A stretch of 36,136 bases of DNA, taken from NCBI RefSeq assembly GCF_001194135.2, contig NC_068994.1, forward strand, positions 50,604,558-50,640,693. Direction: 5' to 3'. This DNA comes from Octopus bimaculoides (taxonomy: Eukaryota). How positions within the stretch are numbered: position 1 is the first letter of the stretch; the number at the start of each line of letters is the position of its first letter. The notes beneath the pieces were generated by a model. That model had not been told where the DNA came from. It worked only from the letters and a program-made list of their open reading frames with translations, and made no database searches. Below are positions 1 through 10,362 of this stretch, one piece after another. A program made the translations under genes and the position numbers.

Positions 1-19
1 ATATATATATATATAATAG

Positions 20-218
20 TACAACCTGCCAGATGATGAGCCATGTCTCATGTCGCCTGCTTCTCAAAAAAGGTTGTTTATGTCAGATAAAGAAGTTGCT
101 TTTGGTTTGTCAAAAATCTACCAATGTCTAAGCTCTACCACTCTACCAAAATATAGTATTAGTTTTAATTGTATGGCTTCACCTATTATAGACAAATCTC
201 TTTGCTATTGGGTACTAG
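20..218 (+). CDS. Candidate internal coding exon of an unidentified gene (gene L, exon A)
   Basis: Preceded by ...taatag and followed by G|gtaagg. Open frame of 66 codons: YNLPDDEPCLMSPASQKRLFMSDKEVAFGLSKIYQCLSSTTLPKYSISFNCMASPIIDKSLCYWVL, with mostly A/T third positions. Ends in phase 1, matching the next exon. The 5' acceptor is uncertain (no pyrimidine tract; alternative AG at 31-32). Confidence 0.6.
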
Positions 219-277
219 GTAAGGTAATCTCTGATGGATGTAAGTTTCAAAGTATTAATATTTATTGTTTCCAATAG

Positions 278-334
278 CAACACACATCCTGGAAAACAAG
301 TATCACATCTCTAGGCATGAAATGATAAAACAAG
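278..334 (+). CDS. Candidate internal coding exon (gene L, exon B)
   Basis: Strong acceptor ttattgtttccaatag and strong donor AAG|gtaagc. 57 nt, and only one frame is open ((A)THILENKYHISRHEMIKQ), phase 1 to 1, in frame with exon A across a 59-nt intron. Confidence 0.65.
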
Positions 335-415
335 GTAAGCTAGGAATATGATTCTCAGTTTGAATTCCTACATGATCAATGTTTGAACACACTATATATA
401 TATTATTTGTATTAT

Positions 416-464
<49 letters not shown>

Positions 465-687
465 TATACATCTAAAAAAAAGGGTGGTGGTGGAGTAATG
501 TAGATAATACAGAGAGAGCTTAATTTAGCTTTAACAAGGAAGCAGGTTACTGTATGAGCAAACAGCCTAGCCCAAGCTCAACATCTCCCATCCCCAGTGC
601 AGCTGGTTGAAAAAAATGAAAAAAAGAGACCATGAACTAAAGCTGTCCAACATATCTAGACTTGTCATTTCTGACCTTTATTCTCAG

Positions 688-812
688 TGGCAACCAGCAT
701 GCAAGAAGAAAACCAAAAGAACAAGACCAAAAAAGAAAAAAAATTAACAAAAGCCAACACCAAAACGCTCGGTGCATCATTAGCTCAAAACTATCCCCTT
801 TCTAATCCTTAG
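688..812 (+). CDS. Candidate last coding exon (gene L, exon C)
   Basis: Acceptor tttctgacctttattctcag. Phase-1 reading (V)ATSMQEENQKNKTKKEKKLTKANTKTLGASLAQNYPLSNP with TAG at 810-812, and AATAAA at 814-819 and 961-966. A weak alternative donor (gtgcat) at 772 would make the exon internal. Confidence 0.5.
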
Positions 813-1030
813 GAATAAAAACCAAAGGAAGTAAAGATAACACATAAAATTGCTTCCAACTAGAATTACTCCTAGGGACAATACCCTGAGCCTTGTTTTC
901 AGTTTTTAAAAAAAATTATATTTTACTTTCTCCATCACCAATTCCTTCACCTTCTAAACAAATAAATGCAGAGCAAAACATTTTTTAGATCAGCATGTAT
1001 GTGTCCATACACACACACACACACACACAG

Positions 1031-1120
1031 AACTTAGGCAAGTGTCTTCTATTATAGCTCTGAACTGACTAAAGCCTTATGAGTGAATTTGGTAGATGGA
1101 AACTGAAAGAAGGCCATCAT
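1031..1120 (+). mobile_element. Family 1 SINE, 5'-truncated fragment
   Basis: CTTAGGCAAGTGTCTTCTATTATAG...GGTAGATGGAAACTGAAAGAAGGCC matches 4550-4635. Confidence 0.75.
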
Positions 1121-1402
1121 ATATGTATGTACATGTGTGTGTGAATGAGAGAGAGAGAGAGAGAGTTTGTGCCTCCTTGTCCATACCTAAAAGTTGTAAA
1201 TGGGTATACTGTCATACATTCGTTTCCAATATTCTGCAAAAGCATGTTTGGCCATGAGAAAATAATTAATTCACCAAAATGCCCATTTCTTTAAAAGCAA
1301 TTTTGAAATTCATCAACAAAATACAGTTTTAATCTTACACAACCAAATGACAATGATAAATGAAGGTAAAAATACATTTTAAGATTTGCATTAAGTATAC
1401 AC

Positions 1403-1456
<54 letters not shown>

Positions 1457-1632
1457 TGCATGGTGTATGTATTGATCTGTACATATGTATACTCACATAC
1501 ACATATAGATATACATGCATATATATATATATATATATACACACAGTTTGCTCACAAAAGTGATATAACCACTTGTAGTTCACAATATTTAGAAATGACG
1601 ATCTATGCAAACACACACACACACACACACAC

Positions 1633-1745
1633 TATGGGCTTCTTTCAGTTCCTGTCTGCCAAATCCACTCACAAGACTTAGGAAGACCGAGGGCAGTAAT
1701 AGAAGGCATTTACCCAAGGTACCACACTGTGGAATTGAACCTGGA
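1633..1745 (-). mobile_element. Family 1 SINE fragment
   Basis: GGGCTTCTTTCAGTTCC...CCCAAGGTACCACACTGTGGAATTGAACC is the reverse complement of the family 1 body. Confidence 0.75.
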
Positions 1746-2022
1746 GGCAGACAGAAAACAAATTTCTTAAATGCACAGACATGTCTACACACACATACAC
1801 ATGTATGCAAAGATGAGTGCTTGGAGTGAGGGAGTTCTACATTCCATCTCTTCACATGAAAAGTATTGCACAAAATACAATATATTTCTTGACACACCCT
1901 GCTATCAAGTTGTTCCATAGCTCTGCACATTCTAACACAAATAGAATTTTAAAAATCTATTACTTGAAAAGCAGATAAGGTTTAGTGACAGGAAAGGCAT
2001 CCAGCTTTAAAACGAAGCTTTA

Positions 2023-2065
<43 letters not shown>

Positions 2066-2119
2066 CATCCAACTTGTACAGGAACGGAATAACAAATGTA
2101 AGTCATTTACATATGTATA

Positions 2120-2556
2120 CATTATCATTATCAATATTTTAATGTTCACTTCTCCATGCTTGCATGGGTCAGACTGAGTTTATTGCAGGTTTTCTACAGC
2201 TGGATGCCCTTTTATTGCCAACCTCACCCATTTACAAGCAAAGTAATAATTTTCTATGGCCAGACATGTTCTCGTAGAATACGAGTAAAAAATGACACTG
2301 CTTTCATGACATCATCATCATCGTTTACCATCCGTCTTCCAAGCGATGTTAAGACAAAATGTATACTATACACATACTAACAAAACATATGCATACATAT
2401 ACATGTATATAAAATGATGGCTTCTTTCAGTTTCTGCTGATCAAATCCTTTTGCAAGTCTTTGGTCAGGCCAGGGCTATTGTAGAAGAGCTTCCACACAG
2501 TGGCACCGAACCCAAGACCATGCAGTTAAAAAGAAACGATAACCACACAACCATGC
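2120..2556 (-). mobile_element. Family 1 SINE head (2414-2556) joined to tail B (2120-2360)
   Basis: The head is the reverse complement of family 1. The tail contains CTACAGCTGGATGCCC and CCATGCTTGCATGG and matches 7190-7270 in reverse. Confidence 0.7.
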
Positions 2557-2651
2557 TTGCACACACACGCGCGCGCGTATATGCAAACGTACATATATAC
2601 ATCCACATCCACACACATACATGTTTATACACGCATACATATATGTATTAA

Positions 2652-2719
<68 letters not shown>

Positions 2720-3008
2720 TAATGCAGTGAGCTAAAAAAAAAAAAAAAATGAAATAAAAACTTAGATTAACTAAGATTATGCCCTGAGGTACATTTTGTT
2801 TTTTCACTGTCAGCTATCAGCTACATTGTTAATATTTATAATCAGCTTTAATACACTCACTCCCTCTATTTATCTGAAACTTGCCAACAGATTGAATATA
2901 TTTCACTACGAAGGTCTGATAGTGCCAAAACAAGCATGCTTCTTACATTAAATGGCTGAAAGACAAGATCGATTCCTCTACTGCATTTTCAATTATATTT
3001 TCCAATTT

Positions 3009-3255
3009 TCAAATAATTAATTGATCATATTGGAGTTGCCACATTTGCTCATTGTTGGAATTTTCTAAACACCTATTAGTTGCACAGATCATCTTGGTTG
3101 ACCAAAATTCTTCAATTCCCTCAATTATATGCAAGACCCAATCAGGTTCTGGTGCTTTTCTTTCATCTTTTACTTCAGTCAATGGAGTACAACAACAACA
3201 ATAACGGGGCACCCTCTGGAAGGGTTTAGTCATTGCATCAGTCACTGTAGCCAAA
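3009..3255 (-). CDS. Candidate last coding exon of an unidentified - strand gene (gene R)
   Basis: Acceptor cctaacctagcag. Open for 81 codons: LATVTDAMTKPFQRVPRYCCCCTPLTEVKDERKAPEPDWVLHIIEGIEEFWSTKMICATNRCLENSNNEQMWQLQYDQLII*, with G-rich first and A/T-rich third positions. ATTAAA on the - strand at 2847-2852. An internal donor (AG|gtgttt near 3078) could shorten the exon. Confidence 0.55.
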
Positions 3256-3346
3256 CTGCTAGGTTAGGGATGTAAACAAACCATCACTGATTGTGAAGCA
3301 GAGGTGGGAGACAAAGAAATAAATATATATACATGCATATGTATAT

Positions 3347-3450
3347 GAGAATCTTCTTTCAGTTTCCCTCTACCAAATCCATTCACAAGGCTTTGGTCTG
3401 AACCCAAGACCACATGGTTGGCAAACAAGCTTCTTAACCACACAGTCATG
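3347..3450 (-). mobile_element. Family 1 SINE with internal deletion
   Basis: CTTCTTTCAGTTTCCCTCTACCAAATCCATTCACAAGGCTTTGGTC is joined directly to TGAACCCAAGACCACATGG...AACCACACAGTCA, so the CORE-like part is missing. Confidence 0.75.
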
Positions 3451-3560
3451 TCTGTTCACAGTTTTTCTAACATGAATTATATACGTCTGCCACTACTTCA
3501 TTCATCACTTGGTAATGTTTGTTTGTGTGTGTGGTGTGTGTGAAGAAAAGACAAATATAC

Positions 3561-3606
3561 TTAATTATTGCAGATCTCTCTCTTGCTCCAAGATCTACTT
3601 CTGCTA
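3561..3606 (-). CDS. Candidate 46-nt internal exon of gene R
   Basis: Acceptor ttttcatcacttcattactcag and donor AA|gtatat. Reads (V)AEVDLGARERSAII(N) with strong A/T third-position bias and joins 3009-3255 in frame (AA+T = Asn) across a 305-nt intron containing a SINE fragment. Confidence 0.5.
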
Positions 3607-4151
3607 CTGAGTAATGAAGTGATGAAAATTCAGTATTTCCCAGCATACAAGTCGAATTTTTCAGAGCAGACCAGACCAAAATTTACCATCAAAAATGGTA
3701 GGTCGATTCATGCAGCAAAACAACTTTGAAGGGCCAAAAATTGCATGTAAAATACAGCAGGATTTGGAAAGATAATGGACGATGTTTGAATTTCTACCCA
3801 AGTACTATGGTGATTTGTTTTCCAGAAATATGGTAATTAAATGCAAAATAAATTCTGCTGGTGAACCTTATCGAAATGCTGTGGATTACATAAAATTAGC
3901 TCATTAACTTAATGAGTAAAACAGTTTCCCCTCCTCTGTTGAATTATGATGTCTGTCAATTGTGACTAAACTGGGATGTACTTCATAGTTTATAAACAAA
4001 TAAACTGGTAGTTATCTGCTCAATGTACACAAGAGAGAATAGTTAAATTAGTGTTACAAAAATTAATGTAATGAGCACATAACTATCTAATTATCAATGA
4101 GTGCAGAAAAAAACATTACATCGGTGACTGGTATTAATTTGATCAGCTCAC

Positions 4152-4228
4152 CAAGTACAGAAGACAACTCCAGACATGTTTCAGTCTTATTAAACCTCCT
4201 CCGCATAGAGCAGACTTCCTTGCACTTG
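4152..4228 (-). CDS. Candidate internal exon of gene R (boundaries ambiguous)
   Basis: Acceptor gattctcttatgatttctacag and donor G|gtgagc give KCKEVCSMRRRFNKTETCLELSSVL (phase 2 to 1). An alternative exon at 4196-4269 in another frame (SLHPHGDSLMISTASARKSALCGG) has the same phases and fits equally well. Confidence 0.35.
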
Positions 4229-4345
4229 CTGTAGAAATCATAAGAGAATCACCATGCGGATGGAGTGAACTGGATAATTAACATATTTTAATAGCTCTGG
4301 ATATTTAGCACATTTCAAAATAAGTCACCAAGATTAATTACTCAC

Positions 4346-4383
4346 AAAATCATATTTAATGCAGAATGTACGAGTTGACTGCA
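4346..4383 (-). CDS. Candidate 38-nt internal exon of gene R
   Basis: Acceptor ctttatgttcaaatttcag and donor TTT|gtgagt. Phase 0 to 2 reading CSQLVHSALNMI(F). Confidence 0.4.
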
Positions 4384-4483
4384 CTGAAATTTGAACATAA
4401 AGTGACATCTTTCAAATAACACAATGCACGTCATTGGACATGCACTGTTTGTGCTATCCATCACCCTCTCTATAGACATAAGA

Positions 4484-4636
4484 ATGGCTGTGTGATAAGA
4501 AGTTTGCTTCTCAATCACATGGTTCCAGGTTCAGTCCCACTGCGCTGACACCTTGGACAAATGTCTTCTACTATATCCTCAGGAGGACCGAAACCTTGTG
4601 AATGGATTTGGTAGACAGAAACTGAAAGAAGCCCAT

Positions 4637-4674
<38 letters not shown>

Positions 4675-4860
4675 TGTGTGTGTGAGAGCGCGTGTGTTGA
4701 CAACTGTTGTTGGTGTTTTTATGCCCCTGTGACTAAGCAGTTTGACAACAGAAACTGAAAGAATAAGTACCAGGGTCAATTCATTCAATTAAAAATTCCT
4801 CGAGGCAGTACCCCAGCATGGCCACAGTCTAATGACAGAAGCAAGTAAAAGATAAAAGGC
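4484..4860 (+). mobile_element. tRNA-headed CORE-like SINE (family 1), full composite copy with internal (TG)n and tail A
   Basis: A-box-like TGGCTGTGTGAT, B-box-like GGTTCAGTCCC (4528-4538), MIR/CORE-like GACACCTTGGACAA (4547-4560), the conserved ...GGTAGACAGAAACTGAAAGAAGCCC, then (TG)n and a 3' tail ending CAAGTAAAAGATAAAAG. Several homologous copies are visible in this window. Confidence 0.8.
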
Positions 4861-5072
4861 AAGATACTGATAATATAAAAAGAAATAGATAAAATAAAAT
4901 GTGGAAGTTAAGGAAACAGAAATTACTATCAGATCAGCCAATCAGACAGCCAGCCCTCTCATTATCCCTTCCAATGTGATACACAATCAACAGCTAACAG
5001 ATGAAAGCGTTGGCAATGCAAGATTTTAGCTTTCCATCAGCAATCATGTGCTTGGTGTGCGTTACAACATAC

Positions 5073-5104
5073 AAGGTAATGAAACCTCACACCACAACAT
5101 CCAT
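5073..5104 (-). CDS. Candidate 32-nt internal exon of gene R
   Basis: Long pyrimidine tract ending ...ttcattatttag and donor CTT|gtatgt. Phase 1 to 0 reading (D)GCCGVRFHYL. An alternative donor gtgagg would give a 14-nt exon. Confidence 0.35.
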
Positions 5105-5287
5105 CTAAATAATGAATATGAAATGTTTAAAAAATAGAAAAAGAAACACCTTAACTATAGGAACCATCGCATGTGCACTGAATAGTATTTAGTGAATTGA
5201 GTAAGAACCCTAACTGCCACTAGCTTCTCTCTCTCTCTTCAGAAAATGCTATTTCTGGCACTGCTCGAAGTAGGTACACCTTCGTAC

Positions 5288-5312
5288 CACAAACCAATTT
5301 CTTAATAACATT
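5288..5312 (-). CDS. Candidate 25-nt exon of gene R
   Basis: Acceptor caaacttttctcag and donor G|gtacga, reading NVIKKLVC. The same frame stays open upstream to an ATG at 5381-5379 (MSVKGKKFEMHCGGGEVSTNFSQ), so this could instead be a larger first coding exon. Confidence 0.25.
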
Positions 5313-5565
5313 CTGAGAAAAGTTTGTTGACACCTCACCACCACCACAATGCATTTCAAATTTTTTCCCTTTTACAGACATCTTTCAAGTCTGAACGACC
5401 AACAGAACACAGCAATGCAAGCCATTAGAATGACAATTCTTCGCCACCTATATTGCTATGGTTCGGGACAACGGTCAAAGTGAACAAGTGGTTTTAAAAT
5501 GTCGTAAGTGTCACAGGTCTCTCGAATGTAAAACCTGCAGGGAAAAGTCAGTTAAATCAACACTC

Positions 5566-5706
5566 AGAACTTGGACTGGTGCTTATTTTATCAACCCTTC
5601 TAAGAACAAAAGGTGTAGTTGACCTCGAATGGCTTTTGAACACACTATGTAAAGGGTAGTAACAAAATACCACAACACATTTTGTACATTAGTCTACCAA
5701 GCCTGC
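5566..5706 (-). mobile_element. Family 2 SINE, heavily diverged and CpG-decayed
   Basis: CTGGTGCTTATTTTATCAACCC...AAAGG...GTTGACCTCG...TTTGAAC. Confidence 0.5.
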
Positions 5707-5886
5707 TTATGTCTCCAAAGCCTCTAGAGGGTTTTAAGCTGCCAGTGCTTAACTATATCAGTTACATTGGCATTAAGCTCTATTTAAGAGGCTGACTTTT
5801 CTCAGACATTAGCCAAGTGATCTCATAACTTCCTCAATATACAAGAATATGCTTGCAAAGTACTTGAGTCCAAAATTTTTTACATG

Positions 5887-6040
5887 CATGCTGTTTGGTT
5901 AAGAAACTTGCTTTTCAACCATGTAGTTTCAATTCCACTGCATGGTACCTTGGGTATGTGTCTTCCACTTATAACCCTGGGCTAATCAATGCCTTGTGAG
6001 TGAATCTGGTAGGTGGCAGTCGTGGGGAAACCAATCATAC
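5887..6040 (+). mobile_element. Family 1 SINE, diverged
   Basis: GCTGTTTGGTTAAGAAACTTGC...GGTACCTTGGGTATGTGTCTTCC...GCCTTGTGAGTGAATCTGGTAG, followed by (TA)n. Confidence 0.7.
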
Positions 6041-6044
6041 ATGC

Positions 6045-6117
<73 letters not shown>

Positions 6118-6485
6118 CACACACACATGCAACGTTTTCTAATCAATATGACTTTACTGAAGTGAAAATCTTAATTCAATCTATATGAATTACAGTTATG
6201 TCCTTTCATAATGCTTACATCAGCATGATATGCTTGCTTTATCTAAATATAAATATGTATTCACTATTATTATTTGACTGTAAAAATATCGATTCATACA
6301 TAATAAAGCAAAATCACTTGCACATAGAATATATATATATATATATATCAATTTATACATGCAATTATATATCATTGTTTATGTTCACCTCTCCATGTTT
6401 GTACATCTCTACCTGAAGCTACAAGGACATTTGTCTAAGATGCCATGCAGGGGGATCAACATCCAACACTTTGTTGTGAAGTAAG

Positions 6486-6516
<31 letters not shown>

Positions 6517-6654
6517 CACACATATGTGTGTCCTGTGAAAGAACTCAGAAAGTTGGGACTCCAACCAGGCCTTTCGCAATGTCCATAGAGCCAGGAACTT
6601 TTCAGTAGCCCCTCGTGTATGTGTGTGTATACACACACTCATACACACACAACA

Positions 6655-6811
6655 GGCTTCTTTCAGTTTCCGTCTACCAAATCCCCTCACAAGACTTTGA
6701 TCGGCCTGAAGTTATAGTAGAAGACATTTGCCCAAGGTGCCACCCAGTGGGACTGAACCCAGAGCCATATGGTCAGGAAACAAGCTCCTTACTGCACAGC
6801 CACGTCTGCAC
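6655..6811 (-). mobile_element. Family 1 SINE, well preserved
   Basis: GGCTTCTTTCAGTTTCCGTCTACCAAATC...TTGCCCAAGGTGCCACCCAGTGGGACTGAACCC...CTGCACAGCCAC is the reverse complement of 4484-4635. Confidence 0.8.
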
Positions 6812-6875
6812 CCTTCTTGCGTGTATTTTCTTTTATAAAATGTCCTGGACACAGAAACTACTTCCAACATATATG

Positions 6876-7270
6876 GGTGCAAGCGTGGTTTTGTAGCTAA
6901 GCAGTTTGCTTTCCAACCATGTAATCTTAGGTTCAGTACTACTGTACAAGCATCTTGGGCAAGTGTATTCTATCTCTTCTACTATATCTCTGGGTCAAGG
7001 TCAACCAAAGCCGGGAATGAATCAAATAGACGAAAACTGAAAGATGCCTGTTGAATATATAGGTATATGTACACGTGTATGTCTCCTTACTTCATGTGAC
7101 AGTTGTAAACGAATGTCACCGTCAAGAAAGGTGTGTTTCTAATCTTTCATGAAAATGTCTAGTCAGTGGAGATATTACATTACTTGGAAACAGTTGAGGG
7201 TTGGTGATGTGAACGGTATCCAGCTGTAGAAAATCTGCCTCAACAAATTCCACCTGACTCACATAGGCAC
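6876..7270 (+). mobile_element. Family 1 SINE head (6876-7055) with tail B (~7080-7270)
   Basis: GGTTCAGTACT (B-box-like), CATCTTGGGCAAGT (CORE-like), GAAAACTGAAAGATGCC. The tail has GGTATCCAGCTGTAGAAAATCTGCC. Confidence 0.7.
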
Positions 7271-7473
7271 GTTAAAGTAGATGTTAAATGAAAAGTGGGT
7301 GCGCATGCGAGCATGTAAAATGTACAAGACAAAGAAACTACCTTCAACATAAAACCACTGGCCAAAATGGTGGGGGGGGGGGAACAGGGCCTGGAAGGTT
7401 TAAAGGTATCTTAGACTGCATACAATTCTCAGGAAATGTGGTGACAACACAAACAATAATAACAATGATTTCA

Positions 7474-7817
7474 TTATTACTTCAGCCTTAGTGAAGGCGG
7501 AGGTATCAGTTTTGCTTGTTTGTTTGTTTGTCCATGGACAAGATATCTAAAGAACCACTGGATGAATTCGGATGAAACCTTCAGGGATGTTTGACCTCAT
7601 GACTGGCATCCAGTACCCGACAAGGATTCTGGATCATTTTTCCTGTATTTTTTTTACTTAATTTTTGAGAGCAGTTGGGTTCATTTTTAGTATTCTCGTT
7701 TGTGAGAGCAGTCAAGTTTAATTCAGACATTCTCATTTTAAAAATCATCTCTGGCTAATCATTGAGAGGACGCTGGTGTTGCCTTGGCAAAGGTTTACAC
7801 TCTCTGAGTGCTCTAGC
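7474..7817 (+). mobile_element. Non-autonomous Helentron/HINE-like element
   Basis: The 5' end TTATTAC precedes a degenerate hairpin CTTCAGCCT-TAGTGA-AGGCGGAG (7480-7502). The 3' end has a subterminal CCTTGGCAAAGGT (7782-7794), a hairpin CACTC-TCT-GAGTG (7798-7810) and CTCTAG. This layout is the known HINE/DINE-1 architecture. Confidence 0.65.
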
Positions 7818-7976
7818 TTAGATGTACTTGTTATCTGTTCCAAGAAAACCGAAACGGTTTCAGACAAGCGTTGCCCTCTACTTGTCTCCAGATATTACAA
7901 GCAGGGCTGGGGAAATAGGGATAATAAGATATGTTTCGAATAAATTTTACTAATCACTCTTTGTAATAAGCCTCAC

Positions 7977-8062
7977 ATTTCCCGGCAGATGGTGATCTAA
8001 TTCCCGGACACATCTGCATCGAAGAAACCATATATCCCTCACTCCATTTGTCCCCTCTCTCA
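7977..8062 (-). CDS. Candidate upstream exon of gene R (coding or 5' UTR)
   Basis: Strong acceptor ttttttttttcttag and donor AAT|gtgagg; 86 nt. Two frames are open (REGTNGVRDIWFLRCRCVRELDHHLPGN, or ERGDKWSEGYMVSSMQMCPGIRSPSAGK). Lies at the CpG-poor/CpG-rich transition. Confidence 0.35.
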
Positions 8063-8539
8063 CTAAGAAAAAAAAAAAGAAACATATTTATACATAAAAA
8101 GAAAACACATAATATATGACTATGGTTGACAAAGTGTTTATGTGCCATTTTTCTGAAGAATAAAGACAAAAGAGCGTTATTAATTCTGCTAGCTGCCGTG
8201 GTGCACAACATTTAAAACGATTCCTGTATATATAATGAATGCAAAAGCTAGCTTTGACAAAGATCAGGCAAAGAAAAAAAAAATATTGAAAGAAAACTCC
8301 GCAAAAGAAGAAAGAATACGGCTCGCTTGCTTGGTGATAATGTCTGCGTCGCCCACCCCACCTAATGGATTCTTTGAAAGCATTAAACTATACTAGTTTC
8401 GTGTGTGAGTGTATGTGCGTGTGTGTATGTGTGTGTGCGCGCTACACTAGATGCATATCAATGTATGTAAATGTTCTGTAGAGTGTGTGTTTGTGCGTGT
8501 GTGTGTGTGCCAATTTAAGTATATGATGCAGTGTGCCAA

Positions 8540-8582
<43 letters not shown>

Positions 8583-9605
8583 CAAGAAAGAGAGAGAGAG
8601 AGAAAGCGGAGCTCACTCTCGACTGACAGCAACAGCCTTTGAAGATTAACAGAAATAGCCAGCAGTCTTTTCTACATAACTGACAAATGGATACAGCTGC
8701 ACTAAAGAAGGATGAGATGAAGAACAAGATGAAAGAGAAGAGAGGGAGAGAGAGAAAGAGAGAGATGGAGTGAGAGATAGAGGTGGATGGCAGAAAGAAT
8801 GAAAGAAATTAGAGAAGGAAGGGTTAAAGATAACAAACAGACACGAGAATGAAATAAAACCAGTTTGATTATGTTTGTTGTATAGCTTCGTGGTTACGTT
8901 TTGTAGATTTTTCCTACGAACAGAAGATGCTAAGAACTAGGCCAAAAATACGAAACACTTCCTGGATTGAACGGGAGGAAATGTAGCTAATTAAACAGTG
9001 TTAATTATATATTCACTGTAACTATATAAATACGAGCATGTGTGGGTATCTATGTGTGTGTATATATATATCTATGTATGGACAAATAGATAGAGATGCA
9101 CATATACCCATAGTGTTGTTGCACACTCGTATGCGAGTGCCACGAATCTTATAAAAACAGAACACAGATTGAATAAGCCTCGATGGGCAGAACTTGATCG
9201 CAGTCAACCCTGATATATATATATATATACATATATGTATACACACACACACACACCAAATTCTACTGTAACAACATCAAGTACTTTCATCCGGGTTATA
9301 TGTCCTAAGAGACGACAGAAAAGGTTGTCGATAGGAAAGGCATCCGACCGCTAAACACTCAAACCATACTATTATTACTGTTATTACTAGAGACTACATA
9401 AGTAAGAGCTTTAATTACCCACCCAACTAAATTTATAGAGACTAAGGAAGAGGAGGAGCTTTTTATTATGGGCACCTTATTTTAAAAGATTGTTGCACTT
9501 TAGATTACATATAGAACCATACATATTTTTTTCATATGTTTATAGACACATAGTGTGCATGCTGTGTGTGATGTGACCACCTAAGTCTGCACGTGTGAGC
9601 GTTTG

Positions 9606-9609
9606 GGAA

Positions 9610-9666
<57 letters not shown>

Positions 9667-9731
9667 TGTATATATATAGTGTGTATATACAGTATGTATA
9701 TATATATATATATATACATTGTGTGTGTGTG

Positions 9732-9765
<34 letters not shown>

Positions 9766-9830
9766 AACTATGTATGTATATATATATATACACACACACA
9801 CACAGTATGTATGTATGTATGTATATATAC
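9606..9830. repeat. Compound microsatellite (TA)n(GATA)n(TG)n(CA)n(TATG)n
   Basis: Visible directly. Representative of dozens of similar tracts across the window (e.g. 405-465, 1405-1455, 2025-2062, 6047-6127, 10318-10385, 16365-16385, 26285-26408, 33600-33640). Confidence 0.95.
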
Positions 9831-10312
9831 AGTGTAGCGACAGAAGGGTAAAAGGGACTTTAGATGCATGAGTAAATTGTGTAATACACACACTTGCACA
9901 GTGAGTGCACTAGAAGCAAATAAATATATAACTCAGGTAGGAAGAATATAGGTGAGAATGCTGAGTTGAAATTACTGAGAGAGAGGAGGCAAAACACACA
10001 CACACACACACACACAATGCTGAAAGGTCACAAGAATTATTAATTATGTAAATTTTGAAATAAAAACGTTTACTCTCCCTCTCCCTCTCTCCTGATATTT
10101 TATCTTGCGATTTTGAGATGTGTTTGTGTAAATTTATCTTTTCATTGCAAAAATAAGGCAAAATTTTAAAAGGATCAAAACTGAAAATTTTTCCAATTGA
10201 AAAATAACCGAAATAAAAATTCAGAATTATATTTAGAAATAAAAAAATATAAGAAACAAAAATGCCTACAAACATGCATATATGTGTGTATCTGTGTAAA
10301 CACACACGCACA

Positions 10313-10362
<50 letters not shown>

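Noticed and set aside
3256-3275. U12-type branch-site-like TCCCTAAC before the gene R last exon (- strand)
   Set aside because: The matching donor is GTATATTT rather than the U12 consensus GTATCCTT, so a minor-class intron is not supported.
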